A DNA stretch of 62,702 bases, the filler included. It is 5 parts of 5 records of this genome, joined end to end, with 100 filler letters (N's around TTAATTAATTAA, not from the genome) between each part and the next. Parts side by side here need not be neighbours in the genome. Positions count along the whole stretch, not along the records: positions 1 to 11,052 come from SRR31156797_10153; 4 more parts are not named here. One strand, given 5' to 3'. The notes below the pieces were generated by a model. It saw only the letters and a program-made list of their open reading frames with translations. It did no database searches and was not told where the DNA came from. The position numbers and the translations under genes are program-made. Shown here piece by piece: positions 1 to 10,138 of this stretch (positions within the stretch are counted from its first letter, which is position 1; every line of letters starts with the position of its first letter).

Positions 1-1
1 A

Positions 2-514
2 GTTTACGAAGCAGTTCAAAAAAACAAACCATTATTTGAACGCGTGGTAACTATAACAGGAAAATCGGTTACAAAACCATCAAACTTTTTAACCAGAATA
101 GGTACACCAATTAACAACTTAATTGAAGCTGCGGGTGGATTACCCGAAGACACCGGTAAAATTATTGGAGGTGGTCCTATGATGGGTAAAGCATTGGTAA
201 GTACAGATATTCCTGTTACAAAAGGAAGTTCCGGTGTTTTAATCATTAAAAACAAAGAAGCGCAGCGTAAAAAGATGCAAAACTGTATCAAATGCGCTAA
301 GTGTATCTCCGTTTGCCCCATGGGATTAGAACCGTACCTATTAATGACTGTCAGCGACAAGGCCGTGTGGGATCGTGCTGAAGAGGAAAAAATCATGGAT
401 TGCATTGAATGTGGATCATGTAGTTATACCTGTCCATCAAACCGTCCTTTATTGGATTACATCCGTTTAGGAAAAGGAAAAGTGGGACAAATCATGCGCA
501 GTCGCAATAAATAA
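2..514 (+). CDS. rnfC: Rnf complex subunit C, 5'-truncated at window start
   Basis: Frame is open from base 2 (VYEAVQKNKPLFERVVTITG). GGPMMG motif; two 4Fe-4S motifs CIKCAKCISVCP and CIECGSCSYTCP; followed by rnfDGEA. Confidence 0.93.
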   Translation, partial: VYEAVQKNKPLFERVVTITGKSVTKPSNFLTRIGTPINNLIEAAGGLPEDTGKIIGGGPMMGKALVSTDIPVTKGSSGVLIIKNKEAQRKKMQNCIKCAKCISVCPMGLEPYLLMTVSDKAVWDRAEEEKIMDCIECGSCSYTCPSNRPLLDYIRLGKGKVGQIMRSRNK

Positions 515-547
515 TTAACACAGTAGAAATAGACAAATATTATTCAT

Positions 548-1549
548 ATGAGCACATTAACTATTTCACCCTCACCTCATGTCCATAGTGGGGATAGTGT
601 GAAAAAAAATATGTACGGGGTAATCATAGCCCTTATCCCGGCCATGCTGGTGTCTTTTTACAACTTTGGTATGGGAGCCATCGTTGTAACCTTAACCTCA
701 CTGGTATCTTGTCTTTTATTTGAGCATTTAATTCAAAAATACTTATTAAAACAAGAAACTTCAATCTGGGATGGATCGGCTATGATTACGGGAATATTAT
801 TGGCATTTAACATCCCAAGTAATTTACCCATTTTTATCATCGTAATCGGAGCCCTTGTTTCAATTGGTATTGGTAAGATGGCTTTTGGAGGATTAGGTAA
901 CAATCCTTTTAACCCGGCTTTAGTGGGAAGGGTATTCTTATTAATCTCTTTTCCGGTTCAAATGACCTCATGGCCAATACCGGAAAGTCTTCCTTTTTCA
1001 TATACCGATGTAATTACAGGAGCCACACCTTTGGCTGTTATGAAAGAAGCTATTGCCAATGGTGAGCTACCAACCAACGTACTAAACGAAATTCCAAGTT
1101 ACAGGGATTTATTTTTAGGATTACAAGGTGGAAGTGCCGGAGAAATGGCAGGGATAGCTATTTTAATTGGATTAGGAATTATGCTTTTCCGTAAAATTAT
1201 TACCTGGCATATCCCAACTGCGATTATAGCTACTGTTTTTGTATTTACAGGTATTCTTCATTGGGCTAACCCAATGATGTATGCTCCTCCTATGTTCCAT
1301 ATCTTATCCGGAGGTTTATTTTTAGGAGCTGTATTTATGGCCACTGATTATTCCAGTTCTCCAATGAGTAAAAAAGGAGGAATCATATTTGGTATTGGCA
1401 TCGGTGTTATTACAGTTGCTATCAGAACTTTTGGCGCATATCCCGAAGGTATTTCATTTGCCATTCTTATTATGAATGCATTTGTACCATTAATTGATAA
1501 ATATATTAAACCAAAACGTTTCGGTGAGAAACCGGCGCTTGCTAAATAA
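548..1549 (+). CDS. rnfD: Rnf complex subunit D
   Basis: SPSPHVH N-terminus, FGGLGNNPFNPALVGR, FMN site DVITGATPL, FMATDY; hydrophobic. Confidence 0.95.
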   Translation: MSTLTISPSPHVHSGDSVKKNMYGVIIALIPAMLVSFYNFGMGAIVVTLTSLVSCLLFEHLIQKYLLKQETSIWDGSAMITGILLAFNIPSNLPIFIIVIGALVSIGIGKMAFGGLGNNPFNPALVGRVFLLISFPVQMTSWPIPESLPFSYTDVITGATPLAVMKEAIANGELPTNVLNEIPSYRDLFLGLQGGSAGEMAGIAILIGLGIMLFRKIITWHIPTAIIATVFVFTGILHWANPMMYAPPMFHILSGGLFLGAVFMATDYSSSPMSKKGGIIFGIGIGVITVAIRTFGAYPEGISFAILIMNAFVPLIDKYIKPKRFGEKPALAK

Positions 1550-1559
1550 TTTGTAAATC

Positions 1560-2258
1560 ATGGCAAAAACAGAATCTACATTAGTAAACATGGTACTTGC
1601 CTTGCTGATTATTACAGCAATAGCAGGTGGCTCGCTGGGTATGGTTTACAAGGTAACCAAGGAGCCCATAGCACAGGCCAAACTGGCCAAGCAGCAAAAA
1701 GCAATTCAAGAAGTAGTTCCGGGTTTTGATAACGATCCAACTACTGAGATGTATGAAATAACCTCTAAAGAAGGATACAAACTTGAGGTTTTCCCTTGTA
1801 AAAAAGGAGAAGAACTATTGGGTGTAGCTATTTCTTCTAAAACAGAAAAAGGATTTAGTGGTGAAATTAAAATCATGGTGGGTTTAAAACCTGATGGCAG
1901 CATTATTAATTATGCAGTCTTGGAACACAAAGAAACACCTGGATTAGGATCAAAAATGGGTGTTTGGTTCCGACCTGATGCTCCAAAAGCCGGCGCTGTT
2001 GAGGAGGAAAAAAGCAGCAAGCTTTTTGAATGGATTTTTGGTAAAAAGTCAGCAGGAGGTGGTAACAAAAGTATTTTAGGTAAGAATCCGGCCAATACTA
2101 AAATGATCGTTTCTAAAGATGGTGGAGATATTGACGCCATAACTGCAGCTACGATTAGTTCAAGAGCATTTTTAGATGCTGTTATGGTAGCTTACACAAC
2201 TTATATGGAAAATGCAGATACCACTGCAACAACAGAAGAGAAAGGAGGACAGTCATGA
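1560..2258 (+). CDS. rnfG: Rnf complex subunit G
   Basis: N-terminal TM helix, HKETPGLG, FMN motif DAITAATISS. Confidence 0.93.
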   Translation: MAKTESTLVNMVLALLIITAIAGGSLGMVYKVTKEPIAQAKLAKQQKAIQEVVPGFDNDPTTEMYEITSKEGYKLEVFPCKKGEELLGVAISSKTEKGFSGEIKIMVGLKPDGSIINYAVLEHKETPGLGSKMGVWFRPDAPKAGAVEEEKSSKLFEWIFGKKSAGGGNKSILGKNPANTKMIVSKDGGDIDAITAATISSRAFLDAVMVAYTTYMENADTTATTEEKGGQS

Positions 2259-2839
2259 GTCAATGGAAGAATTTTTCAAAAGGTTTCTTTAAAGAGAATG
2301 CCGTTTTCACCCTGTTATTGGGTATGTGTCCTACTCTTGGAGTAACCTCATCGGCCATTAACGGTTTAGGAATGGGATTAGCAACCACATTTGTTCTAAT
2401 CATGAGTAACATTGTGGTGTCGTTGGTTAAGGATTTTATTCCTGACAAAGTCCGTATCCCTTCATTTATTGTAATCATAGCATCCTTTGTAACGGTAGTG
2501 GAATTGTTAATGCAAGCCTATCTGCCTGCACTATTTGAATCATTAGGATTATTTATTCCGCTTATTGTTGTAAACTGTCTTGTACTTGGTAGAGCTGAAG
2601 CTTTTGCTTCTAAAAATGGCTTTCTATCTTCTTTAATTGATGGTGCAGGTATGGGACTTGGATTTGCGATGGCATTAACCATGCTTGGTGCAGTTCGTGA
2701 GTTCTTTGGAAGTGGTAAAATGTTTGACATGGTATTGTTCCCAGAACAATATGGAATGTTAGTATTTGTTTTGGCTCCGGGTGCATTTATCGCATTGGGT
2801 TATTTAATTGCCATCATTGACAAACTTAAAAAAGCCTAA
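2255..2839 (+). CDS. rnfE: Rnf complex subunit E
   Basis: LLGMCPTLGVT and IPLIVVNC motifs; ATGA overlap with rnfG. Confidence 0.94.
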   Translation: MSQWKNFSKGFFKENAVFTLLLGMCPTLGVTSSAINGLGMGLATTFVLIMSNIVVSLVKDFIPDKVRIPSFIVIIASFVTVVELLMQAYLPALFESLGLFIPLIVVNCLVLGRAEAFASKNGFLSSLIDGAGMGLGFAMALTMLGAVREFFGSGKMFDMVLFPEQYGMLVFVLAPGAFIALGYLIAIIDKLKKA

Positions 2840-2842
2840 GAA

Positions 2843-3415
2843 ATGGAATACGTTTTAATATTTATATCAGCCATCTTTGTTAATAACATCGTATTGGCAC
2901 AATTCCTTGGGATATGTCCGTTCCTTGGGGTTTCTAAAAAAATATCTACCGGTATCGGTATGACAGGAGCCGTAACTTTTGTGATGGTAATAGCCACTAT
3001 AGTTACTTATTTATTACAAAAGTTTGTTTTAGATACTTTTAATGTAGGCTACCTGCAAACCATTTCTTTTATTTTGGTTATTGCAGCTCTGGTACAGCTG
3101 GTTGAAATTATTCTAAAAAAAGTAAGTCCGCCATTGTATCAGGCATTGGGGGTATTCTTACCATTAATTACAACGAACTGTGCTATTTTAGGTGTAGCCA
3201 TTATGACTATTCAAAAAGACCTTAATCTATTGGAAGCTGTGGCATTCTCTACAGCTACGGCAATAGGTTTTGGATTGGCATTAATCATTTTTGCAGGAAT
3301 TCGCGAACAATTAGAACTAGTGGACTTACCAAAAGGTATGAAAGGTACTCCCATCGCTTTATTAGTAGCGGGTATTTTGGCATTGGCCTTTATGGGTTTT
3401 GCCGGCCTTGTATAG
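2843..3415 (+). CDS. rnfA: Rnf complex subunit A
   Basis: [11 protein letters not shown] and [12 protein letters not shown] motifs. Confidence 0.94.
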   Translation: MEYVLIFISAIFVNNIVLAQFLGICPFLGVSKKISTGIGMTGAVTFVMVIATIVTYLLQKFVLDTFNVGYLQTISFILVIAALVQLVEIILKKVSPPLYQALGVFLPLITTNCAILGVAIMTIQKDLNLLEAVAFSTATAIGFGLALIIFAGIREQLELVDLPKGMKGTPIALLVAGILALAFMGFAGLV

Positions 3416-3435
3416 ATTGAAATAAAAATTGAGAT

Positions 3436-3477
3436 AAGAAAAGCCGTTCTTGAGTAATCAGGAACGGCTTTCTTTTT
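3436..3477 (+). terminator. Rho-independent terminator of the rnf operon
   Basis: AAGCCGTTCTTGA-gtaa-TCAGGAACGGCTT hairpin followed by a T-tract. Confidence 0.85.
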
Positions 3478-3537
3478 GCCCACTTTTATACTCAATTGTA
3501 AAACTTAGTTAAATACAGAAATAAATCCGTATTCAAC

Positions 3538-3568
3538 TTTGCAGAATACAGTTTAAATTCTACTTTTG
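3538..3568 (+). promoter_or_regulatory. Bacteroidota housekeeping promoter (-33 TTTG / -7 TAnnTTTG) for the CoA-disulfide reductase gene
   Basis: TTTG at 3538-3541, 19-nt spacer, TACTTTTG at 3561-3568. Confidence 0.7.
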
Positions 3569-3654
3569 CACACCATGCTATCTAGATGTATAGATATATT
3601 AACATCTAGTATGTTCTATGTTAGAAATATAAAACTTTAATATCATATAAACTC

Positions 3655-6141
3655 ATGGCAAAATATGTAATCGTTGGTGGTGTTGCAGGGGGAGCTACTG
3701 CAGCGGCCCGCCTAAGGAGATTGGATGAGCAGGCACAAATTATCATGTTTGAACGAGGTGAACACATCTCCTATGCCAATTGTGGACTTCCGTATTATAT
3801 CGGAGATACCATTAAGGACAGAGAAAAACTATTGGTTCAAACCCCGGAAAGCTTTAATGCAAGATTGAATGTAGATGTAAGGACTTTTCAGGAAGTAACT
3901 AAAATTAACAAAGAAGAAAATTCTGTTGAGGTTTTGAATCATAAAACAGATGAAGTATATAAAGAAACCTACGACAAGTTAGTTGTTTCACCAGGTGCAG
4001 AACCAGTTAAGCCTCCGATTACAGGAATTAATGATGAGTCTATATTTACATTAAGAAATGTAAGAGACACGGATAAAATCAAATCGTTTTGCGACAATAA
4101 AAAACCACAAAGAGCGGTTGTTGTGGGTGCTGGTTTTATTGGTTTGGAAATGGCAGAAAACCTGCATGAACTAGGCATGAATGTTACCATCGTAGAAATG
4201 GCCAGCCAGGTTATGGCTCCATTAGACTACGAAATGGCAGCAGAAGTACACCAGCATTTAAAAACTAAAAATGTTGAGTTCTATCTAAAGGATGGAGTAA
4301 GTTCATTCAAACGCGATGGTTCTAACCTAACCGTGAACCTTCAGTCAGGTAGAAGCATTGAAACCGATATGGTTATTCTTTCTATTGGGGTGCGTCCAGA
4401 AACTAAATTAATTAAAGAAGCAGGTTTAGAATTAGCTGAAAACGGAGGTGTCAAAGTTAACGAATACCTTCAAACTAATGATGAGAATATTTATGCTTTA
4501 GGTGATGCCATTGCATTCCCTCATCCCATTACCAAAAAATATGTAAATACATATTTAGCTGGTCCTGCAAACAAACAAGGACGTATTGTTGCAGATAATA
4601 TTGTATTGGGAAATACACGCAAATATAAAGGGGCAATTGCTACGGCTATTGCCAAGGTATTTGACATTACTGTTGCCTCAACCGGTATGCCTGCTAAAGT
4701 ATTAAAAAAGGAAGGTATTGAATATATCTCAAATATTATTCACGGATCTTCTCATGCAGGTTACTACCCAGGCGCTTTACCTTATACTTTAAAAATATTA
4801 TTTCACCCTAAGACGGGTAAATTATATGGTGCGCAAATGATCGGTTACAAAGGCGTTGACAAGCGCATTGACCTGATCGCTACCGTGCTTTTAAATAATG
4901 GATCTATTTACGACCTTCAGGATATTGAACATGCTTATGCGCCTCCTTATTCATCTGCTAAAGATCCGGTTAACCAGGCAGGATATGCTGCAGAAAACAT
5001 TATCACAGGAAGAGTAAACATTATCAACTGGGCTAATTTATCAAGATTAGACTCTGGTAACATTACTTTGATTGATGTTCGTACGCCATCAGAACATGAA
5101 TTAGGACATATCGAAGGAAGTATCAACATTGAAGTGGATAAAATTCGTGAGCGTATAAATGAAATTCCTCGCGATAAAAAGATTATTATTTACTGTGGTG
5201 TTGGTATTCGTGGATATTTTGCTGCCCGAATTTTAATTCAGAATGGCTTCGAAAATGTTTACAACCTAAGTGGAGGTTACAAAACTTACGAGCATACAAC
5301 CAGCAAGCAAAGTAACGAGGACATTTTTGAATCAAGCTACATTGCTACAGATGACCATATTTATAGAGGAAAGCCAGCAGATGCGATATTGAGCGACATG
5401 GTTAAAACCATTGAAGTAGATGCGTGTGGTTTACAATGTCCCGGACCAGTATTAAAGTTAAAAGAAGAAATAAACAAGCTGGAGTCAGGACAACGTATTG
5501 TTCAAAAGGCCAGCGACCCTGGTTTTATGAAAGATGTAAAGTCATGGTGTAATGTTACCGGTAACAAACTTATTTCATTAGACTCTAAAGAAGGTATTAT
5601 TACGGCTGTAATTGAAAAAAGCGGAGCGAAGGCAGCTAATGCTGCAAAAGCTTCACAAAATGTAGCATTGCCCGATAATAAAACCATGGTTGTTTTCAGC
5701 GATGATATGGATCGCGCCTTAGCTTCACTGGTAATTGCAAATGGAGCAGTTGCCATGGGTAAAGAGGTTACTTTATTTTATACCTTCTGGGGACTTAACA
5801 TTATTAAAAAAACAAACAAACCTAAAGTGGATAAAGACATGATGGGTAAAATGTTTGGGAAAATGATGCCTTCAAATGCCGGAAAACTAAAACTATCCAA
5901 AATGAATATGATGGGTATGGGTTCGGTAATGATGAAAAAACGTATGCTATCTAAAAAGGTAGATTCTATTGAAGATATGATTCAAACCGCTTTAGATAAT
6001 GGAGTAAAAATGATTGCCTGTCAAATGTCGATGGATGTGATGGGTGTAGATAAGGATGAGTTAATTGATGGCGTAGAAATTGGCGGAGTAGCTACTTATT
6101 TAGAAGAAGCTGACAAATCAAACTTAAACTTATTTATTTAA
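3655..6141 (+). CDS. CoA-disulfide reductase-like FAD oxidoreductase fused to rhodanese, TusA/SirA and DsrE-like domains
   Basis: GGVAGG FAD motif, SYANCGLPY redox Cys, GAGFIG, YAPPYS; rhodanese DVRT..YCGVGIRG; TusA DACGLQCPGP; DsrE2 TLFYTFWG..ACQMSMDVMG. Confidence 0.9.
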   Translation: MAKYVIVGGVAGGATAAARLRRLDEQAQIIMFERGEHISYANCGLPYYIGDTIKDREKLLVQTPESFNARLNVDVRTFQEVTKINKEENSVEVLNHKTDEVYKETYDKLVVSPGAEPVKPPITGINDESIFTLRNVRDTDKIKSFCDNKKPQRAVVVGAGFIGLEMAENLHELGMNVTIVEMASQVMAPLDYEMAAEVHQHLKTKNVEFYLKDGVSSFKRDGSNLTVNLQSGRSIETDMVILSIGVRPETKLIKEAGLELAENGGVKVNEYLQTNDENIYALGDAIAFPHPITKKYVNTYLAGPANKQGRIVADNIVLGNTRKYKGAIATAIAKVFDITVASTGMPAKVLKKEGIEYISNIIHGSSHAGYYPGALPYTLKILFHPKTGKLYGAQMIGYKGVDKRIDLIATVLLNNGSIYDLQDIEHAYAPPYSSAKDPVNQAGYAAENIITGRVNIINWANLSRLDSGNITLIDVRTPSEHELGHIEGSINIEVDKIRERINEIPRDKKIIIYCGVGIRGYFAARILIQNGFENVYNLSGGYKTYEHTTSKQSNEDIFESSYIATDDHIYRGKPADAILSDMVKTIEVDACGLQCPGPVLKLKEEINKLESGQRIVQKASDPGFMKDVKSWCNVTGNKLISLDSKEGIITAVIEKSGAKAANAAKASQNVALPDNKTMVVFSDDMDRALASLVIANGAVAMGKEVTLFYTFWGLNIIKKTNKPKVDKDMMGKMFGKMMPSNAGKLKLSKMNMMGMGSVMMKKRMLSKKVDSIEDMIQTALDNGVKMIACQMSMDVMGVDKDELIDGVEIGGVATYLEEADKSNLNLFI

Positions 6142-6247
6142 GAGGCCTACAGTTATTCCTAAGTAGAATTATCATACAAAAACAAGGGCTGTACAAATAT
6201 GTGTGGCTCTTGTGGTTTTTAGATACTTGGATATTTGACAAAAATAA

Positions 6248-6280
6248 AGGGGAATAAAACTATTCCCCTCCCTTTTCTTT
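6248..6280. terminator. Probable bidirectional terminator between convergent genes
   Basis: AGGGGAATA-aaac-TATTCCCCT hairpin flanked by A- and T-rich runs. Confidence 0.6.
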
Positions 6281-6307
6281 TCTAATGCAAAACGATTTCC
6301 TTAAAGA

Positions 6308-6526
6308 CTAGTACCAAATACTTCTTTTAGGTGGATTTCCGTATGACTCAAAAGTGTCACCGTTTCCGTTAACCACTTTCATTAATTCTTCAACGGTAAA
6401 GTCAAATCCATCTTCAATTGCTCTCTTTACAAATTCCTCTTTAGAATTTGCAGAATTGTACTTAGCACGAAACGCTTCGTCCTCGCCCCCTTTAGTTAAT
6501 AGGGCTTCAACACTTTCTACTGACAT
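6308..6526 (-). CDS. Nif11-like leader peptide family small protein
   Basis: MSVESVEALL..DEAFRAKY..SKEEFVKRAIEDGFDFTVEEL matches the Nif11 leader pattern. Confidence 0.75.
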   Translation of the reverse strand: MSVESVEALLTKGGEDEAFRAKYNSANSKEEFVKRAIEDGFDFTVEELMKVVNGNGDTFESYGNPPKRSIWY

Positions 6527-6928
6527 AATGTTACATTTTAAAGTTTATGGCACTAAAATAGCAATAAAAACAATTGCACCCTCTATTTTTTGCCTATGTA
6601 GGATGTAATTTATATTAAATTTTAACTACACCCTTGAATAAAATGACTATGCGGTTGTTGTTTTGCATCTTTTCTTTAATCGCACCTACATGGCAAAAAA
6701 TACATATTTAAACTTCCATATCATTATAAAAATATTGACTATTAAATTTTTAGCCTAATAACCTTTCAATGCGCTTTACAATACAGTGAAGTTTTAATAT
6801 ATAATTCCTTTTGTGTGATCCACGAATTCGAATTTGTTTTTTGCATTATTAACAAAAAAAAAGAGTCACATTAATAAATAAATGCAACTCTTTCCCATTA
6901 TGGGTTCGCCCTTTATTACGCCCAAATG

Positions 6929-7570
6929 TTAATTGTCAATTATATTTCTGGCATTTTGATATCCTTTATAAAACTCCGCCTGGCTATCTTTAAAAATTAA
7001 CATGGTATTATCCATCATCGGCTTTAATAATTGATTACATTCTGCAAATAAATCATCAATCGTACCTAATGTAGCATATTTCTGGCTTAAAATAGTACGG
7101 GGCTTTCCTATTAAGGCATTAAAGTCATTCAATGACGATAATAATTCCGTAACTATATCTTGCGAAAGACCAAATTCTCCAAGTGTTTCAATGTGATCTG
7201 CAGCCAGCGTTGTAATTTTTCTGACAGTTGCATCTACATCAGGTTCCTTTAAACGCATAATATCCGATTTGTTTGTCTTAACCGAAAGTGCCATATCTAT
7301 ATTATTTTGCTCTAATGCAAAAACATGAATAACACCTGCCAACATAGCTGCTTTAGTAGCAATAATCTCTTTTAAACTATCTTTTTGCTGGGTAACGCCA
7401 ATACTCAATTTGGCTTGCTCCGACTTTTGACTAATCCTTGCAATAATTTCATCTAAATTATTTTTGTAGCTCACAATTCGGGGTATGCCATTCCAAATGG
7501 TTGTGTTGTTGTCGAGGTAGCTTTGGGTACTCAAAAACATTCTAAACTGGTTAGTTTGGAGTTTATTCAT
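6929..7570 (-). CDS. Hypothetical alpha-helical protein
   Basis: 213-aa ORF with ATG, amphipathic helical pattern and a downstream hairpin; no recognised catalytic motif. Confidence 0.75.
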   Translation of the reverse strand: MNKLQTNQFRMFLSTQSYLDNNTTIWNGIPRIVSYKNNLDEIIARISQKSEQAKLSIGVTQQKDSLKEIIATKAAMLAGVIHVFALEQNNIDMALSVKTNKSDIMRLKEPDVDATVRKITTLAADHIETLGEFGLSQDIVTELLSSLNDFNALIGKPRTILSQKYATLGTIDDLFAECNQLLKPMMDNTMLIFKDSQAEFYKGYQNARNIIDN

Positions 7571-7920
7571 TTTTGTAAATTTAAATTATTAATAATAATG
7601 ATTATCACTAATCAAATTAGAACATTTAAGCTCCTTTGTCAATAGATATAATAACTATATGTTTAATTAGAATAGTTCTTAATAAAATTCTTATACAGAT
7701 ATTTAAGCTTGCTACCTTAAGTTTCTGTTTATAAGTAGCGATACACCAAACTGTATTGGGTTATTTAAAAAACGTATTGGTCTAATAAGAAAAGCCAACC
7801 TTTATGTATATTCTACAAGGTAGAATGTTTGTTGATCTTTCGGAGTTATTCAATGGTTGTAATGCATTGTTTAGTTTTCAATCCCCGTCTTACATTAATC
7901 AAAACTCCTTTTACATATTC

Positions 7921-8130
7921 GATACCTCTCCGAACGTTTTTTGAACCTCTTCGAACAAAACTTGAACCTCTCTGAATAAAATCCGAACCTCTCTGATCGG
8001 TTCTTGAACCTTAATGTTTAAATCTGCAAACTCTTCGAATAAAATCCGAACCTTGATGATTGAATCTTGTACCTCAATGTTTAAACTTTCAACCTTATTG
8101 ATTTTTTCTTGTACCTCTATGATTGAAATC
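7921..8130. repeat. Degenerate 21-bp tandem repeat, 10 units, reading as a heptad ORF on the minus strand (7911-8132)
   Basis: ACCT core recurs every 21 nt (tgaacctcttcgaacaaaact, tgaacctctctgaataaaatc, cgaacctctctgatcggttct...). Translation: EVQEKIN KVESLNI EVQDSII KVRILFE... Confidence 0.8.
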
Positions 8131-8246
8131 AATAACTCAAAAAAGTAATCTATTATCGTTTCTAATTTCCCAAGAGCATAAGCCGGCTTAAATATTTATC
8201 TATATTTGTGTAATTTCTTATAAAAGTTTGAAAAAAGAGGGATGTT

Positions 8247-9980
8247 ATGCAGAAAATCAACGATATTTTAGTACTTATCGATTCTTATATAGGGAGTAGT
8301 CCTTGGTTTGTTTATTTTTTATTGGGGGTTGGACTCTTCTTTACTTTATACCTTGGCTTTCCTCAATTCAGATATATCCGTTACGCGCTAAAGATTGTAA
8401 TGGGTAAGTTCGATAAAGAAGGAGATGAGGGAGATACGTCCCATTTTCAGGCTTTAGCCACTGCTTTATCAGGAACCGTTGGAACAGGAAACATCGCAGG
8501 GGTAGCTTATGCGATCTATTTGGGTGGACCGGCTGCTTTATTTTGGATGTTAGTAACTGCATTAATTGGTATGACTACCAAATTTGTTGAAGTAACACTA
8601 TCTCATAAATATCGCGAAAAAGCGGAAGATGGAACAATTTCCGGAGGTCCTATGTACTATATGAAAAAACGCCTGGACTTTAAACTTCCTTCCGGGAATG
8701 TAGTAAAGTCAGGAAAAATAATGGCCATTATTTTTGCTATCGCTACCATAATATCTTCATTCGGAACTGGGAACCTACCACAAATCAATAGTATCTCAGA
8801 TACCATTAATACAACTTTTGGAGTGCCTCATTATATCACCGGAATTGTTTTAGCTGCCTTATTGGCTGTTATAATTATTGGAGGAATAAAAAGGATAGCA
8901 AAAATAACATCAAGGTTAGTTCCTACTATGGCGGTTATTTATTTTATAGGAGCCATTGCAGTTATATTATATAACTACCAAAACATACTTCCTTCGATTC
9001 AATCTATTTTTGCAGATGTATTTACGGGTTCAGCTGCCCAAGGTGGATTTTTAGGTGCCACAATTGCTTTTGCATTTAACCGGGGAGTAAACAGGGGATT
9101 GTTTTCCAACGAGGCAGGACAAGGTTCTGCACCAATAGCGCACTCTGCAGCCAGGGCTCACGAGCCTGTTTCTGAAGGGTTAGTTGCATTGCTGGAACCA
9201 TTTATCGATACCATCATCATTTGTTCTCTTACTGGTCTGACTCTATTAGCATCTGGAGTTTGGACAGAAAAACATCAAAATGTTTTTGAAAGAGCAGATA
9301 TGCAGATTGTCCAGGGCATATATGATGACCAAAAAGAGAGTGATAAAACAGCTTTGAGTTATCATATAAATGGAAAAGAAGAATTGCCGCTTTTTAGTGG
9401 TGATCTATTCATTGAATCTGGTAAAATTAAGAATGATGTTACTGTCCTGCACGCACGTTCTGTTGCAGAACAGACTAAAGTCTTTATACGTGAGGAACTA
9501 TTTTCTGGAAAAGTTTCTGTTGAGGATGGAGTAATTCTTGAAAAAAACAAAATCAGATTTGAAGGAAAGTCATTAATTCATAGTGCACCTTTAACAACAC
9601 TGGCTTTTACCAAAAGCTGGTTTGGCGACTTTGGTAAGTATATTGTTTCAATAGGACTTTTATTGTTTGCTTTTTCCACGGCCATTTCTTGGTCTTATTA
9701 TGGTAGTAGAGCAGTCATTTTTCTAGTGGGGATGAAAGGAGTAAAATATTATAGAATTATTTACGTTCTTGGATTCTTCGTAGCTTCGTTTACAGATACT
9801 ACTGTAGTATGGACTTTCTCAGGTATTACAATTGCTTTAATGACTGTGCCTAACTTAATTGGTATTTTTGCTTTGCATAAAGAAATGAAGTCAGAAGTTA
9901 ATTCTTTCTGGGGTGAGTATAGCAAGCGTTTTCCAGAGGATAAGCTTCCTTTGTTTCAGAAGAAGGTGAGTAAAGAATAG
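8247..9980 (+). CDS. Sodium:alanine/glycine symporter (AGCS family)
   Basis: [43 protein letters not shown] promoter element at 8201-8208. Confidence 0.92.
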   Translation: MQKINDILVLIDSYIGSSPWFVYFLLGVGLFFTLYLGFPQFRYIRYALKIVMGKFDKEGDEGDTSHFQALATALSGTVGTGNIAGVAYAIYLGGPAALFWMLVTALIGMTTKFVEVTLSHKYREKAEDGTISGGPMYYMKKRLDFKLPSGNVVKSGKIMAIIFAIATIISSFGTGNLPQINSISDTINTTFGVPHYITGIVLAALLAVIIIGGIKRIAKITSRLVPTMAVIYFIGAIAVILYNYQNILPSIQSIFADVFTGSAAQGGFLGATIAFAFNRGVNRGLFSNEAGQGSAPIAHSAARAHEPVSEGLVALLEPFIDTIIICSLTGLTLLASGVWTEKHQNVFERADMQIVQGIYDDQKESDKTALSYHINGKEELPLFSGDLFIESGKIKNDVTVLHARSVAEQTKVFIREELFSGKVSVEDGVILEKNKIRFEGKSLIHSAPLTTLAFTKSWFGDFGKYIVSIGLLLFAFSTAISWSYYGSRAVIFLVGMKGVKYYRIIYVLGFFVASFTDTTVVWTFSGITIALMTVPNLIGIFALHKEMKSEVNSFWGEYSKRFPEDKLPLFQKKVSKE

Positions 9981-10138
9981 TTTTAATGTTCAATAGATAA
10001 AAGTCTGATTTGGTAATAGAGGACATTTTTTGTTTACTATTGCCTTTCTATTTGCTCTCTTTTTACCTAAGTTTGTATTAGCTCTTGTTTTAATTTACTT
10101 TTTAAGTTCATTAACAACGATTTTACAAATACTCAGAA

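Noticed and set aside
7921-8130. Possible CRISPR array
   Set aside because: The period is only 21 nt, there is no constant repeat with unique spacers, and no cas genes are present.
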